DNA of 63,056 nt, filler included, from Stramenopiles sp. TOSAG23-2 (lineage: Eukaryota): the NCBI GenBank assembly GCA_900128395.1. It is 40 parts of 40 records of this genome, joined end to end, with 100 filler letters (N's around TTAATTAATTAA, not from the genome) between each part and the next. Parts side by side here need not be neighbours in the genome. Positions count along the whole stretch, not along the records: positions 12,160 to 13,522 come from LT653082.1; positions 13,623 to 14,984 come from LT653083.1; positions 15,085 to 16,445 come from LT653084.1; positions 16,546 to 17,906 come from LT653085.1; positions 18,007 to 19,367 come from LT653086.1; positions 19,468 to 20,828 come from LT653087.1; positions 20,929 to 22,288 come from LT653088.1; positions 22,389 to 23,748 come from LT653089.1; 32 more parts are not named here. One strand, 5' to 3'. A program made the translations under genes and the position numbers. Below the pieces are notes generated by a model, which saw only the letters and a program-made list of their open reading frames with translations, was not told where the DNA came from and ran no database searches. Shown here one piece after another: positions 12,160 to 25,208 of this stretch. Each line of letters opens with the position of its first letter. Within the stretch, counting starts at the first letter, position 1.

Positions 12160-13180
12160 ATGCAATTGAAAGAATTTGGTACGGAGGAACATGTAGATGT
12201 TGGAGAGACATATGCTAGAATGGGATGGACATGTAGTAAGATGTCTAAATATGATCTAGCAATGGAATATTGTATGAAAAGTTTAAAAATACGTTTGAAA
12301 GTATTGGATGAAGGTCATGTTGATGTTGGTGATTCGTATAATGGTATTGCAGGAGTTTATTCTGATAAAGCTGAATATGATAAAGCATTAGAATATTATA
12401 ATAAATCATTAGATATTCGTATAAATAAATTAGGCAAAGATCATACTGATGTTGCACAATCATATAATAATATAGCATTAGTTTATCAATCACAAAATAA
12501 ATATGATGAAGCATTAGAATATTATAATAAATCATTAGATATTTTTATAAATAAATTAGGTAAAGATCATACTAATGTTGCAACATCATATAATAATATA
12601 GGTGAAGTTTATCGAGCACAAAATAAATATGATAAAGCATTAGAATATTATAATAAATCATTAGATATTTATATAAATAAATTAGGTAAAATATTATAAT
12701 AAATCATTAGATATTTTTATAAATAAATTAGGTAAAGATCATACTAATGTTGCAACATCATATAATAATATAGGTGAAGTTTATCGAGCACAAAATAAAT
12801 ATGATAAAGCATTAGAATATTATAATAAATCATTAGATATTTATATAAATAAATTAGGTAAAGATCATACTGATGTTGCAACATCATATAATAATATAGC
12901 AATAGTTTATTATTCACAAAATAAATATGATGAAGCATTAGAATATTATAATAAATCATTAGATATTAAAATAAATAAATTAGGTAAAGATCATACTAGT
13001 GTTGCAACATCATATTATAACATTGGTAACTTATATGAAAATCAATCCAAATACAAAGAAGCATTAGAATGTTACAACAAGTCTTACAATATATGGAAAG
13101 ATAAATTTGGTGATGATCATCAATATACAAAATTTGCAGTACAACAAATACAAAATTGTAAGGATGCATTAGGAGTGTAA
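12160..13180 (+). CDS. 3' part of a TPR-repeat protein (42-aa kinesin-light-chain/NPHP3-type repeats), frameshifted by a 172-bp duplication
   Basis: Repeats YDKALEYYNKSLDI.INKLGKDHT.VA.SYNNI; duplicated unit 12518/12690 shifts the frame; repeats continue to TAA at 13178-13180. Confidence 0.85.
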
Positions 13181-13926
13181 AATTAACAAAAAAATTGCAA
13201 TACAGTTGTGGCACATGATGCATGCGCGTATAAAATGAAGTCATTGATGTGCAATCGTGTTTGTGTTTGTGTGTGTTAAGATTTTAATATTTTATATCTA
13301 TTCATCCGTACGCACGTACATCTCTCTACATCTCTTTTTTATCTAGAGAGTAATCTTGAATCTTTATATTAATATTACTGTACGAAACATACGAGTAACG
13401 AGTGACTGTTTTCCTTTTCTTCTTCTTTTAATTCCATCTTTTATGAACAACAGGGGACATTGAATGTACGATATGCATGGTGGAGACGTACCGTTCGTAA
13501 ATACGAAGAAAAGTATGTATAGNNNNNNNNNNNNNNNNNNNNNNNNNNNNNNNNNNNNNNNNNNNNTTAATTAATTAANNNNNNNNNNNNNNNNNNNNNN
13601 NNNNNNNNNNNNNNNNNNNNNNACCATATATATATATATATACGAATATGTACATATCATAAGAATATGATACGTAATGCATATCATAGTAGCTTTCATA
13701 TTATACAGTATGATATCATTTCAAATCATATGATGCCATAAAATAAAAAACAAGGCTAATTCTTATTGAACTATGGTATGATATGACATATGCATATCAT
13801 ATCATACTTCATTCACGTGTGCTTATATATATTATTTATATATATTATTGATATATATCAATATACATGTATATATATATATATCCTATAATATATGACA
13901 CTTAATACATATATAATGTCCCATTT

Positions 13927-14984
13927 TTATTCAATTTCTGAATACACAGGAGCATATCTTTTGCAATATGCTGCACTTACAGGCCTATTTAAATCAAAAT
14001 CATCATCTTGTATTCTGACATAACCACTATAATCTTTACCCAAAATAGCATCACCTCCTGGTGAAAACAATGTTATTTTGAAAATCTCATCAAACTGTTC
14101 TGGGCAATAATCATCAATTATATAAATACGCAATACAGCAGTGTTTTGATTAACACCAAAAGTGATAGTACCAGTTTGCTCTATGTAGTCGCCACATTCA
14201 CCTCTTTCACTTTTGAAAAATTGATGGCATAACTCAACATCTTTTTGTGGCGTACCAATCGCTGTTATGTCACTAGTAGCATATCGAAAGGTCAAAGTTT
14301 TAGATAAGTCTCCCACACGATCAAAAAAAATATCTACAAAGTTCGGATCTTGCTCGCTACTATATTCATTAACTGTTGTTACTGTTTGACGAAAACGCAC
14401 ACGTTCAAATTCTATATTATAAAATGATACTTCTCCAACTTGTTTATGCACTTCTGAGTCCATGCTTGGTTCTTTTGGTGCTCCAGCAAAAACCATATAA
14501 CCTCTTAATGCAACGGAATATCCAAATCTAAAATTATCATCCTTCGTCGGAGATTGCAATTTCATTTTCTCCGTTACATTCCACATACTTGTATCTACAA
14601 TATCACCATTACCAGCTCTGGCCTCCTCTCTGCGCTTGAAAACGTAAACTGACCCAGATCGTGCCGGTTGATCATCTGGCGCAAACCGATGAACAGTACC
14701 GATTCCGGGTGCGCCACCTGTTGGTGTTCTTGAATGTTTACTTTCCGCCGTCGATGGTGCAAAACCACCAGTAGGACGCCATAATTTTTGATTTCTACCA
14801 CCAATAGAATTCCGATTAAAAATATCTACTAGCCTTGCACCTGGTGCACCAACAATGATCATTCCGCTTCCAAAATCAACATCAACGCTGGTACCAAAAC
14901 GATCTAATTCCCGCTTATCCGATGCTTGTAATTTTTGCTCTTCCACCCAATGACAATTTGTAAAACGATCAATATCGCCAATTG
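13927..14984 (-). CDS. 3' part of an FG-GAP repeat + Calx-beta protein
   Basis: FGTSV..IIVGAPG, GSVYVF, FGYSVA..AGAP; then DYIEQTGTITFG, IIDD..EQFDEIFKITL and VRIQDDD. Confidence 0.85.
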
Positions 14985-15084
14985 NNNNNNNNNNNNNNNN
15001 NNNNNNNNNNNNNNNNNNNNNNNNNNNNTTAATTAATTAANNNNNNNNNNNNNNNNNNNNNNNNNNNNNNNNNNNNNNNNNNNN

Positions 15085-15938
15085 AAGCTTTGTTGCCAAA
15101 ATACATTGAACAACAACAAAAACAAGATGTTTCTGCTAATATTACACAAGAATTGCAAGTTTCACTATCAAAAAAAAGAAATGGTTCCTATATTGATAAT
15201 AAGAAGAATGATTATAATGATGATAATAATAAAAATGGTTACAATAATAAGAAATCAAAGAATCATAATAATAATTTGAGTGATAAAAACAATACCAATA
15301 ACGAAAAACAATACGACATCGGGGGATCATCTTCAGCTGAAATTGATGCTATTTTATCACGAACGGATAGTTTATTTGAGAGCATACCAACTTTAAATAA
15401 CTTGGACAAAGTGGAGAAAGAAAAAATGTCTGGATCGGATACAACTACACATACTCCTATTGGAGATGTAAATGACAGCGAAGGGGATGATGATGAAGAC
15501 AACTTGATAAAAGATATTGATACTAATGCAAGTTCATTATTACGATCAAAGAAAAACGATGCTAATGATGATAAAATAACTGCAACTCATGTTTTGCAAA
15601 ATAGCCGTGAATTAAAAGCTAATGAAGAAGTTCCAAACGATTCATATGTTTATATTATCCAAAATCAAGCAATTGGATGGGAATACGTACAAGTGATTGA
15701 ATCCAGGGCAAGTAATTCTGGTAAACTGTATTTAAAATTGAACTTTAATCGAGAAAATGATGATGGGGAGGAGTCGTTATTAAATGGATATTGGTTTGGT
15801 AAAGAGGAACTTTCATTACGCGTCCCTTTAATTACAATTACAGATCCAGATGGTCCTGCGTTAGGTTCAACTTTTCCATCAATCGTCGGTTGTGTACCAG
15901 AAGATTTTATAGCTAGGAAAGGTCGATGTAGTCAATAG
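15085..15938 (+). CDS. Partial hypothetical protein, Asn/Asp-rich with a globular C-terminal part
   Basis: Open frame from the contig start, 282+ aa; no recognised motif. Confidence 0.5.
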
Positions 15939-16545
15939 TGTTTCTAGAATATTTTGGAACATGAACACTTTTTAAGTTCTTGTTTGCTTCATGGATTTTT
16001 AATATGTTTTATAAAATGTATGCGTATCACATAATAGACTATCTATATCATATAAAAAAGTATTTTTTAATAATTTTTCTCCTGTATTTTAATTTTATTT
16101 CAATTTTTTTACTATTTCTTTATTTTTTTTCGATATCTGATATAGGGAGTGATCACTTGTTAGACTAAAAAATACTACGGCGCAACCAAAAGGAGGAAAA
16201 AATAAGAAGAGGTGCACAGGTGCACACCAGGCACACAGCGGGCGGACAGAGTGGAGAATGGTGGTGACAACAAAAGACAAGAAGAAAAAAGATAGTCTAT
16301 AAAATAAGGAATCAAATCAAAAAGTATATTTAATATAGAACTAAATTAATCATAGTGAAAAAGATGTCGTAGTTAGTTCATTTTTTTTTTACAAGAATTT
16401 ACAACAATGACGTCTATGACAACACCACCTCGTACACGAAAACAANNNNNNNNNNNNNNNNNNNNNNNNNNNNNNNNNNNNNNNNNNNNTTAATTAATTA
16501 ANNNNNNNNNNNNNNNNNNNNNNNNNNNNNNNNNNNNNNNNNNNN

Positions 16546-17632
16546 TATTTTCTTGAATACCTTTTGCAATCGCACTTGCACCTTCATCACCAATGTTATT
16601 CTTTAACAAGTTCATCTTTTTCAACGAGGCGTTGACCTTCAGGGCCTTTGCAAGAAACGTTGCACCCACCTTCCCAATTTCTGCACCCTCTACATTCAAT
16701 TCTGTTATCGTTTTGTTCACTCTCAGAGCCCCGGCCAAACGTTCTACATCGCCGTCGCTTAACTTAAAATCGATCGTTAATTCATTGCCTATGTTGTTGT
16801 TTCGGATGGCCTCGATCGGAATACCACCACCAACTTCGAGTAAACCCAACATGTATGACCAGACCGAAATTCCCATTGACCTTGTCACAACAAATAGTTG
16901 AAGGATATGGTACAAGAAATTCAGGGATGAAAATATTAACGACATCAATAGCAAATCGCCATTGTCGACACCATCGCAAGATTCTCCGGCCTCCCACGTC
17001 GATTGGCAGCCAATGTACGTGACTCCTTGTAAAATAATTTGAGGAAAGGCTTCCAGAAAACTTTCCAACATGGTCCGCAGGGCACTGTAAGTCAGCATAA
17101 ATTCGTAAAATTCAGTAGAGCAGCAGCAGAGAAAACCTTTCTTGCATTTGCAGCAGCGTTTCCAGCCAGCCGTGAACGACATTGCAGTGTCGAAAATTAC
17201 AGGCAGAACCAATATACTTGGAACCGGAAACCATATCATAGCAATGATATATCTATTATACACGTCATCCTTATGCGCATGGCACATGTAGTAACCAATA
17301 CCAACGACCACGATCAAGTACGGCAAGGCAACAAATACCGTCATCAGGATTGACAGCGTTGTACCGCCGTAGCGAACAATGGTCAAGATGTCTGTAAACA
17401 GATCGGCGTAGTAAAACAGAACGGAAAAGATTGCTCCGAGCGTGCTTGCAATTAAGACAGACGTTGGATACTTTTCCTTCATGCGGTCGATAAACCCTTT
17501 GCAATCTTTTACGTGGACAGCAACTTCCTGATGGACCTGTTCCGCGTCACGGTTTAAGATTTTGGCACCAACGGCGGCCACGCCAGCCGCAGCAACTGCG
17601 CCCACTTCGATGACTGTCTCTGGGTTCTGCAT
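16546..17632 (-). CDS. XK-related-like multi-pass membrane domain fused to RI/NLRC3-type LRRs (3' truncated)
   Basis: YADLFTDI and LESFLEAFPQIILQ motifs with several TM segments; then ALRVNKTITELN..IGKVGATFLAKALKVNASLKKMNL..NNIGDEGASAIA. Confidence 0.75.
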
Positions 17633-18217
17633 CGTTTATCGCTAAATACAATTCTGATATTTTCAAACGACGGAGTTATTATATTATCTAACTTGCAATT
17701 GTGCTCCTTTTTTCTTTCTTTTGCCAGTAAAAAGAAAGTTGAAGTTAAAAAAATCGGATTTTCAAGAGACAGGAGTGGTTGGAATGATAAATGATTTGCC
17801 AGAGTGCGGTCAATAAAGTTATGTATCTTTACCTATGTTTTGATTTCTCTTTGTGTTGATATATATAATATACATATTCGTAAAATATGAAATATACGAT
17901 TCGTTCNNNNNNNNNNNNNNNNNNNNNNNNNNNNNNNNNNNNNNNNNNNNTTAATTAATTAANNNNNNNNNNNNNNNNNNNNNNNNNNNNNNNNNNNNNN
18001 NNNNNNCAGGTAATGTACACGAGTAATTAATTATATTATTTTTAATATACGTTACCCGGTTGGCATTGAAAGTTATACTTGTTTAGTACGCACGTACGAT
18101 GCTCTTATGGTAATATGGAACGATGAAAGGAAAGGTGGAAAGGTTGCTGTTTTTTTTATATATGTACCATATGATACGATATGCGTGTTTAAAGATGTGC
18201 AAAATTTCTCAACAATT

Positions 18218-19367
18218 TCAATTATCACCACAACAATCAATACATTCGCAATCACCCAACCCGTCAGCTAATGGATCCACGCAATCACACACATCTTCAC
18301 AGCAATCACAGCAATCACAGTCCTCACAGAGTGCTTCTGTTCCTCCTTCGGTCGATATCTCAACCTCAGTCACAATAGAATCCTCTATTAATTCTGCTGA
18401 CATTAGACCCAAAGTTGAAAATCCTATAACACGTTTCAAAACAACGGAACGATATAGCATATACAAGCACATACATAATGCTTTCAACATAAACAAGCAC
18501 GATGTGATAAACGATATATACCCGAATGTCGTTACGGCATTATTTTCAAATTGCCCATATTTTATAACTAGTGAGGGAATGGTTTCAATTCCTAAATCTA
18601 ATGCAATATTTGAAAAACTTGGTTCAATGATAAACCAGTGTAAGTAAGAATCCATATGTTGCGGCATCCTTAAAGACATTCGGCAGGATCCACACGGGGT
18701 CTCGTCGCATCCGCATCCATTATGTACCCAGCAGCCGGAACATTCAGTCCCAGCACTGCAATAAATAAATGGCAAACATTTAGCAAGACAATTCGGCGAG
18801 CACGTCCCTGGCGAGAATGCATATGGTGCAAATATTATAACTAGAAAACGTATTGATGCTAATACACTTGTGCCAATCACTGCAAAAAAAACCCACGAAT
18901 GGTACCATTGTGCAAAGGGTGAGTAGTATAAACCAAGAGAACTATATGTATATATATATATGTAACTCTGCACATATTCCTTCTCATTAACCACTAGTGA
19001 GGGATGCCACTGCCATTGTACCTGGCACGTATTATTCCCACTCATGAAATAAACGTTGTATGCTGAATTGTATTGCCAATCAGGTGGCTCTAACCTCCCC
19101 CGCCAACGTTTATAGAAATCAGTACCACATCCTTTACTAAAATATACCAATACTGACTTGTTGCGATATGTCCAATCAATTATATCACTAATAAAATCTA
19201 AAAGCATAAAAATAGAACAGAAAATATAGAATAATCTATAATGGTAAATAAAAAATAAATCTAGCCTTGATGCAGCATCAGATACTGGTAATGAAATACT
19301 ATAAGAATCATACAAAGGGCTAAAGTATTTGTTTTTGCTATTGTTTTTTTTTGCCTCATCAATCTGA
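18218..19367 (-). CDS. Multi-pass membrane protein (weakly XK-like) with a Cys/Asp-rich tail, 5' truncated
   Basis: LLDFISDI and LGIETIPSLVI, about 4 hydrophobic segments, a Cys-rich loop and tail CEDCDCCDCCEDVCDC...CECIDCC. Confidence 0.6.
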
Positions 19368-20065
19368 NNNNNNNNNNNNNNNNNNNNNNNNNNNNNNNNN
19401 NNNNNNNNNNNTTAATTAATTAANNNNNNNNNNNNNNNNNNNNNNNNNNNNNNNNNNNNNNNNNNNNGAAAGTAAAATTTGATAATACCGTGAAATATAT
19501 TAAAATGAGAGCAAAAGATGACAAAGATACACGTTTCAAAGCGATTATTGGGAAGTAAATTGTTGTTGTTGTTTAAAATATCGTGTGGTGCATATTTTTG
19601 CATTGTGTAGGGATGTGTTGTGTGCAAAATGTATATATACTAATGGTAGAAGGAACAAAAGCGTTTTATCTAGATTATACGAGTCGTAATATATATGAAA
19701 AAGTTGTGGATGGCAAGCGTAAGAGAAGAGAAAGAAAGAAAGAGAAGAGAGAGAAAGTAAAAAAAAAAAGTTTTTTTAAATATAAAAAAGGTAAAAAAAA
19801 ATACGAATATCATTAAAAAAGTGTAAAAATCATTACACGGTATCTACCAAGTTTCTCTCCAGATTAACAAAAAAGAAGAGGATGAAGGACGAGTTGCATT
19901 TTTAACTATATTAATAATTACACCAGTATGATGTACAGAGTAAAAAAAATAAAAATTTTTGTACCCCCCATATTTAATTTAAAATGCACATTGATTCTTT
20001 TTCACTCTCTCTCTCTCTCTCTCTCCCTCCCTGCGTGTGTGTGTGTGTGTGTGTGTGTACAAATC

Positions 20066-20827
20066 TTACAATTCACCTTTCTTACTCTTCAATACAGATG
20101 TAGTAACTGCCCTTTTCCTACCACCACCACTACGTGGTGTAGAACCTTTCAAACGAGACAATGGATTTGCACTTACTAATGAATTTAATAATGCGCCACG
20201 ATTTCCACCGATCAATTCCTCTTGTTCTTCAAACATTGCTAAGGTATTCTTTTTTTTTCCATCAACACCACTTTTATTATTATGTTTCCTTGCTTTTTCT
20301 CTCCATCGTTTTGCTACTTTTTTTGCATTTTCATTCATTCGAAGTAATCGAACAACGGATTGTTTTAAATTTGTAGTAAATTGTGCTAATATACTAGATA
20401 CTTTTGGTATCGGCATATCCCTTGGATCTTCCCCCCAATACCCTGCTAACTCCGTCGCTTTCTGCGTCAACAAATCATTCTTTTTTCGCAATAATAATGA
20501 TTTATTTTGTCCATTACTAGCAAATGTTTGTAAAATATTTGTATCGGCATCATCTGCACCTGTATCACCACCACCTAGCATAACATGAGATTTAAATAAA
20601 CCTTGTGACAATAAGCTATTGTATTTTTTCGTCTGTTGAAATATTTTCAATACTGCATTTTGAAGTTCTCGTTGTGATTCTTCCCTTGCTTTCATTAAAA
20701 TCTTTAAATCGGTATCCACCCATGCAAATGGATTGTGTGTTTCCCTCTCCTCACTTGCATCTCCTGCTTCTTCGCTAAGCGTTTTTTTAAATATCATAGC
20801 AACAACAACATCTAATACCGTCGTCTT
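20066..20827 (-). CDS. 3' part of a formin (FH2 C-terminus)
   Basis: In-frame upstream KTTVLDVVV (FH2 KTTLL motif) and ELAGYWGEDP...ILAQF (Y[FW]GED motif), then a basic tail. Confidence 0.7.
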   Translation of the reverse strand, partial: KTTVLDVVVAMIFKKTLSEEAGDASEERETHNPFAWVDTDLKILMKAREESQRELQNAVLKIFQQTKKYNSLLSQGLFKSHVMLGGGDTGADDADTNILQTFASNGQNKSLLLRKKNDLLTQKATELAGYWGEDPRDMPIPKVSSILAQFTTNLKQSVVRLLRMNENAKKVAKRWREKARKHNNKSGVDGKKKNTLAMFEEQEELIGGNRGALLNSLVSANPLSRLKGSTPRSGGGRKRAVTTSVLKSKKGEL

Positions 20828-21225
20828 TNNNNNNNNNNNNNNNNNNNNNNNNNNNNNNNNNNNNNNNNNNNNTTAATTAATTAANNNNNNNNNNNNNNNN
20901 NNNNNNNNNNNNNNNNNNNNNNNNNNNNCAACAAGCAATGATAATACAACTGGTGATACTAGTACAAACAGTGATGATCAGTAAGATAGTAGAGAGTATG
21001 TTAGATGATATGATATGTACGCGTCAGATTTTTAAATATCATATAAAATTTTCACATGTATGCATAGCACTCGGTACGATATATATATATATATATGTGA
21101 TACGATTTTTTTTATAAAAATATTACTCGTAAAAAAAAGCTGAATATAATTAAAAAGTAATGTGTGTTTTTATTATGATATACCGAGTACGATTCGTAAT
21201 TAATATACTCTGATTTGCATATTAT

Positions 21226-21969
21226 CTAAACTACTTTCGGCTCTCTAATCATAATCCAATTCTTATAACCATTTCCAACAGGGCAATGACATTCATCCAC
21301 AATCTTAAAGCCGAGTCTACCATAAAATGTTACGTTACGACTTTCTTGTGTTCCAAGAATACATGGCAAACCAAGTTTATCGGCCTCGGTTAAAGCTTCG
21401 CGTAAAGATGCTGTTCCAACCCCTTTTCCTTGATAGGATGGTAACACTGTCATCCTTTCTAATCGAATCATCTTTGTATTTTTTCGTTTCAAATTTGTTA
21501 AAACCTCTTGTTCTTTTTCTTCCATCCAGTTTTTCGTTGCTAACATACGATTTACAGTACTAAAACCATAACTCCACAATCCAGAAATCAATCCTACTCG
21601 TAACATATCGCAAAAATTAGGGTGACGAATATCAGGTAATGTAAACATGAAAAAAGAAACCAATTTATTACCATCATAAGTGCATCTACAGCATTCTTTA
21701 TCCATGCGTAGCAAAAAGTTTTTTTCAAACAACCATTTTAAGAATAATATACGTTCCTTCTCATCTCCAGGTAATATTTCTACATAACATGGTGTTTTTG
21801 CAAAAGCAGTAGCAGCGAGCAATGCAGCGTCTTCTAGATTTGTTGTTGTTAAATATTTAAATTGTAATGTATTTATAATTGATTTTGTATTACTTTTTAT
21901 TTTTTTACTAGTTGTCTCATTTTTATCGGTATTTTTTCGTCCGCGTGTTTTTGTACGTTTACTCGGCAT
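21226..21969 (-). CDS. GNAT-family N-acetyltransferase
   Basis: Motif A VLPSYQGKGVGTA; RNVTFYGRLGF. Confidence 0.88.
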   Translation of the reverse strand: MPSKRTKTRGRKNTDKNETTSKKIKSNTKSIINTLQFKYLTTTNLEDAALLAATAFAKTPCYVEILPGDEKERILFLKWLFEKNFLLRMDKECCRCTYDGNKLVSFFMFTLPDIRHPNFCDMLRVGLISGLWSYGFSTVNRMLATKNWMEEKEQEVLTNLKRKNTKMIRLERMTVLPSYQGKGVGTASLREALTEADKLGLPCILGTQESRNVTFYGRLGFKIVDECHCPVGNGYKNWIMIREPKVV

Positions 21970-22388
21970 CTTCCTAAAAAGAAGATTAAGATGAATCAGA
22001 AGAGAACAGAAGAGGCTACATGTTCGATGATAATGTGAATGAACATTTGATCCAAGAGTTATGAACTTATATAATTCAGAAAAACATAAATAATATATAA
22101 TATATATATAGTTTTTCTATATTTTACTACTACTATTATAGTAGTAGTATTTTTATTAAAAATTTTGTAAGTCGTAAAATAAACTATTAGGAAATAGCAT
22201 TGGGGAAGGATAGAAGAAATTGATTTTGGCTTCTCTACATTTCCTATAAATGTTGGTTTTGTACAAATAATTGTAAGTGGTAAACAGCNNNNNNNNNNNN
22301 NNNNNNNNNNNNNNNNNNNNNNNNNNNNNNNNTTAATTAATTAANNNNNNNNNNNNNNNNNNNNNNNNNNNNNNNNNNNNNNNNNNNN

Positions 22389-23216
22389 TTAGTGATTGTT
22401 GAAGTTGGTGCTGGAAAAGGATTTTTAAGCTTAGCAATACAAAAAGCAGTCAATGAAGCAAAGCATTATATACTAGTAGATAATCAGCATTTTCGAAATC
22501 GTGCAGATAAAGCATTAAAAGATTCAAATGCAAAAGTTGAAAGACAATATATTGATTTGAAAAATTTATATTTAGAAAATACAACGAGTTTAAATGATGA
22601 TACAGGAGATAATAATGTTGATAATACCCTTGTTTTTGTCGGTAAACATGTATGTGGTGTTGCAACATGCTATACATTAAATTGCGTGGAACGAATTTTA
22701 TTATTAAAGAAAAAGAACATAAATGTTGGTGGTGCTATCATTGCAAGTTGTTGTCATCACAAATGTGTATGGAATCATTATGTAAATCAAAACTTTTTTT
22801 TACAAAATGGATTTACACCATATGATTTTACAATAATGACACGTATGTCTAGTTGGGCTGTATCAGGTAATCATGATGTTGATGATGAAAAAGTCAATAT
22901 AGTCAAAAAGGATACACATGATGATGGGAACAAGAAGAAAAAGATGAAATATAATACAAATGGTAGTAGTAATAATAATAATGATAATAATAGTGATATT
23001 GGTACCAGTGCTACTAGCAATGACAATACTAATGATGGTGATGATGACAATTGGTGGAGTACAGAGGAAAAAAGGGAAATTGGCAATATGTGTAAGATAA
23101 TGATGGATGTTGGCCGTATATTTTTATTTCGTGATCAAGGTTTTCATGTTGACATAGTGAAATATACTGATGAAAAGACATCCATGGAGAATAGATTGTT
23201 GTGTATAAATGTTTAA
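22389..23216 (+). CDS. TRM13: tRNA:m4X methyltransferase TRM13, 3' part
   Basis: VEVGAGKGFLS, GKHVCGVAT, SCCHHKC, MSSWA, EIGNMCK..D.GR and SMEN.LL. Confidence 0.88.
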   Translation, partial: LVIVEVGAGKGFLSLAIQKAVNEAKHYILVDNQHFRNRADKALKDSNAKVERQYIDLKNLYLENTTSLNDDTGDNNVDNTLVFVGKHVCGVATCYTLNCVERILLLKKKNINVGGAIIASCCHHKCVWNHYVNQNFFLQNGFTPYDFTIMTRMSSWAVSGNHDVDDEKVNIVKKDTHDDGNKKKKMKYNTNGSSNNNNDNNSDIGTSATSNDNTNDGDDDNWWSTEEKREIGNMCKIMMDVGRIFLFRDQGFHVDIVKYTDEKTSMENRLLCINV

Positions 23217-23359
23217 AAAAACACAAAATCTTTTCTGAGAGATCCTGATTTTGTATAAAATTATATTTTTACATACGATCGTAATTTTTTACGAAATATT
23301 AATAATGTACGAAGTACGACGATTCGTACATTTTATAAAGTACGACACACCACACCACC

Positions 23360-23748
23360 TCACAACGGTTTATAATTTTTAAAATCTAAACCACCTCCAA
23401 AAGATGTTATGACACGATCTTGTGAGAAATGTGAAAATTTATTTTTTCCATGTACATTTGGTAAATGTCTTTGCACTGGTTCGATAATACTAGCTTCAAC
23501 AACTGATTTTAATAACAGTGATTTTGTTAAACGTAAAGACGGTTTTTTCTTTTGATTTGGTAATGACATGTTATCGATTGCACTTTGACCCTCACTAACA
23601 CCAAATAATGATGATACACCCATACTACCACCAGTAATTGTATTTCTCCTTAGTGCACTTTTTCTTTGCATAGTCGATGACGATTTCGATCTTTTCATAA
23701 AGTTTTTCTTGCTTTTTGAGCGGTTGCGTGATTTATTAGATTCTATTG
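23360..23748 (-). CDS. 3' part of a hypothetical protein
   Basis: Open frame toward the contig end, convergent with TRM13. Confidence 0.4.
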
Positions 23749-24287
23749 NNNNNNNNNNNNNNNNNNNNNNNNNNNNNNNNNNNNNNNNNNNNTTAATTAA
23801 TTAANNNNNNNNNNNNNNNNNNNNNNNNNNNNNNNNNNNNNNNNNNNNTTGTACTCTGGTATGATTTAAAAGTACTGAGAGCCGGGAGAGGAGAGCGAAA
23901 AAAGAGTTGTGGTGAGAGATTGAATGTAAAATATACATATATACTACACACACACGATCTATATACATACATATATATACTCTTCGTCGTATACACCTGA
24001 TATTTTGTTTATATATATGTTTTTTATAGATCACATTCTCACATCAACAACATCATCATTTACAACTTCTGGCATTTTCATTTTTGATATGTACATATAC
24101 GAAATCGACACTTACACTTACACTGTCATATATGTACGTAATTTAAAACAAAAGAACCAAAAGTAAAATATATACACACAAGTATTAAAAATTTATTTCA
24201 TCATATAATTCACACTATTACGATTTGATAACATTGTGTAAATCATTCAAATCACCATTACCTTTTCCTAAATGTCTACCATTTGCA

Positions 24288-25208
24288 TCATAACTCTCCT
24301 TGACGTTTTCCACCTTTTGAACGTATAAGATCAATGATCTTTTGTTTAATTGGACTATTATTATAATCATATGCCCTGTCCAGGGGAGTGAATCCCCCCC
24401 TGTTCTTCTTATTAATGCTAGTAAGAGGCATATTAGTTAATAACAACTCAATCACCTTCGTATCCTTTTTGTTATTATATGCTGCACAATGTAATGCATT
24501 ATATCCATAACTAATTGCAATATTAGGATCAGCTTCACCTTGTTCAATTAAATATTTAACTACTTGGAAATGTTCTTCTTGTGCAGCTGCATTTAAAGGT
24601 GTCCATTCATAACCACGACTATCTTGACCGACTTGACTCACGTATTCTTTCAATGTCATATTATTATTATTATTACCATTACTACCATTCACATCATGGC
24701 CTATAATCAATAATTTCACATCCTCAAAACGTCCTTTTTCACATGCACATACTATTGGCGTACCTTTTGGAGATTCTGCATAATATTTCTTTTCTACTTT
24801 AGATGCATGAGGATAAATGATCTCAACTAAATATTTAACTATTTGGAAATGTTTGTTCTCTGCAGCTATCAGTAAAGGTGTATAATCATTACCACGACTA
24901 TCTTTACCGACTTGATTCACGTATTCTTTCAATGTCATATTATTATTATTATTACCATTACTACCATTCACATCATCATTATACCCTGTAATCAATAATT
25001 TCACATCCTCAAAACGTCCTTTTTGACATGCACATACTATTGGCGTACCTTGTGGAAATTCTTGTTTATATGTTTTATGTAAATCAGCACCATTATCTAT
25101 CAAGTATTTCTTAATTTTATATGTGCTTGCAGCCATCATTAAAGGTGTATAATCATTACCACGACTATCTTTACCGACTTGATTCACGTATTCTTTCAAT
25201 GTCATATT
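24288..25208 (-). CDS. Ankyrin-repeat protein, paralog of 4692-5649, 5' truncated
   Basis: Three MTLKEYV.QVG.DSRG...TPL units, GTPIVCAC.KG.FEDVKLLI x2, and NALHCAA and TPLD ankyrins. Confidence 0.85.
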   Translation of the reverse strand, partial: NMTLKEYVNQVGKDSRGNDYTPLMMAASTYKIKKYLIDNGADLHKTYKQEFPQGTPIVCACQKGRFEDVKLLITGYNDDVNGSNGNNNNNMTLKEYVNQVGKDSRGNDYTPLLIAAENKHFQIVKYLVEIIYPHASKVEKKYYAESPKGTPIVCACEKGRFEDVKLLIIGHDVNGSNGNNNNNMTLKEYVSQVGQDSRGYEWTPLNAAAQEEHFQVVKYLIEQGEADPNIAISYGYNALHCAAYNNKKDTKVIELLLTNMPLTSINKKNRGGFTPLDRAYDYNNSPIKQKIIDLIRSKGGKRQGEL

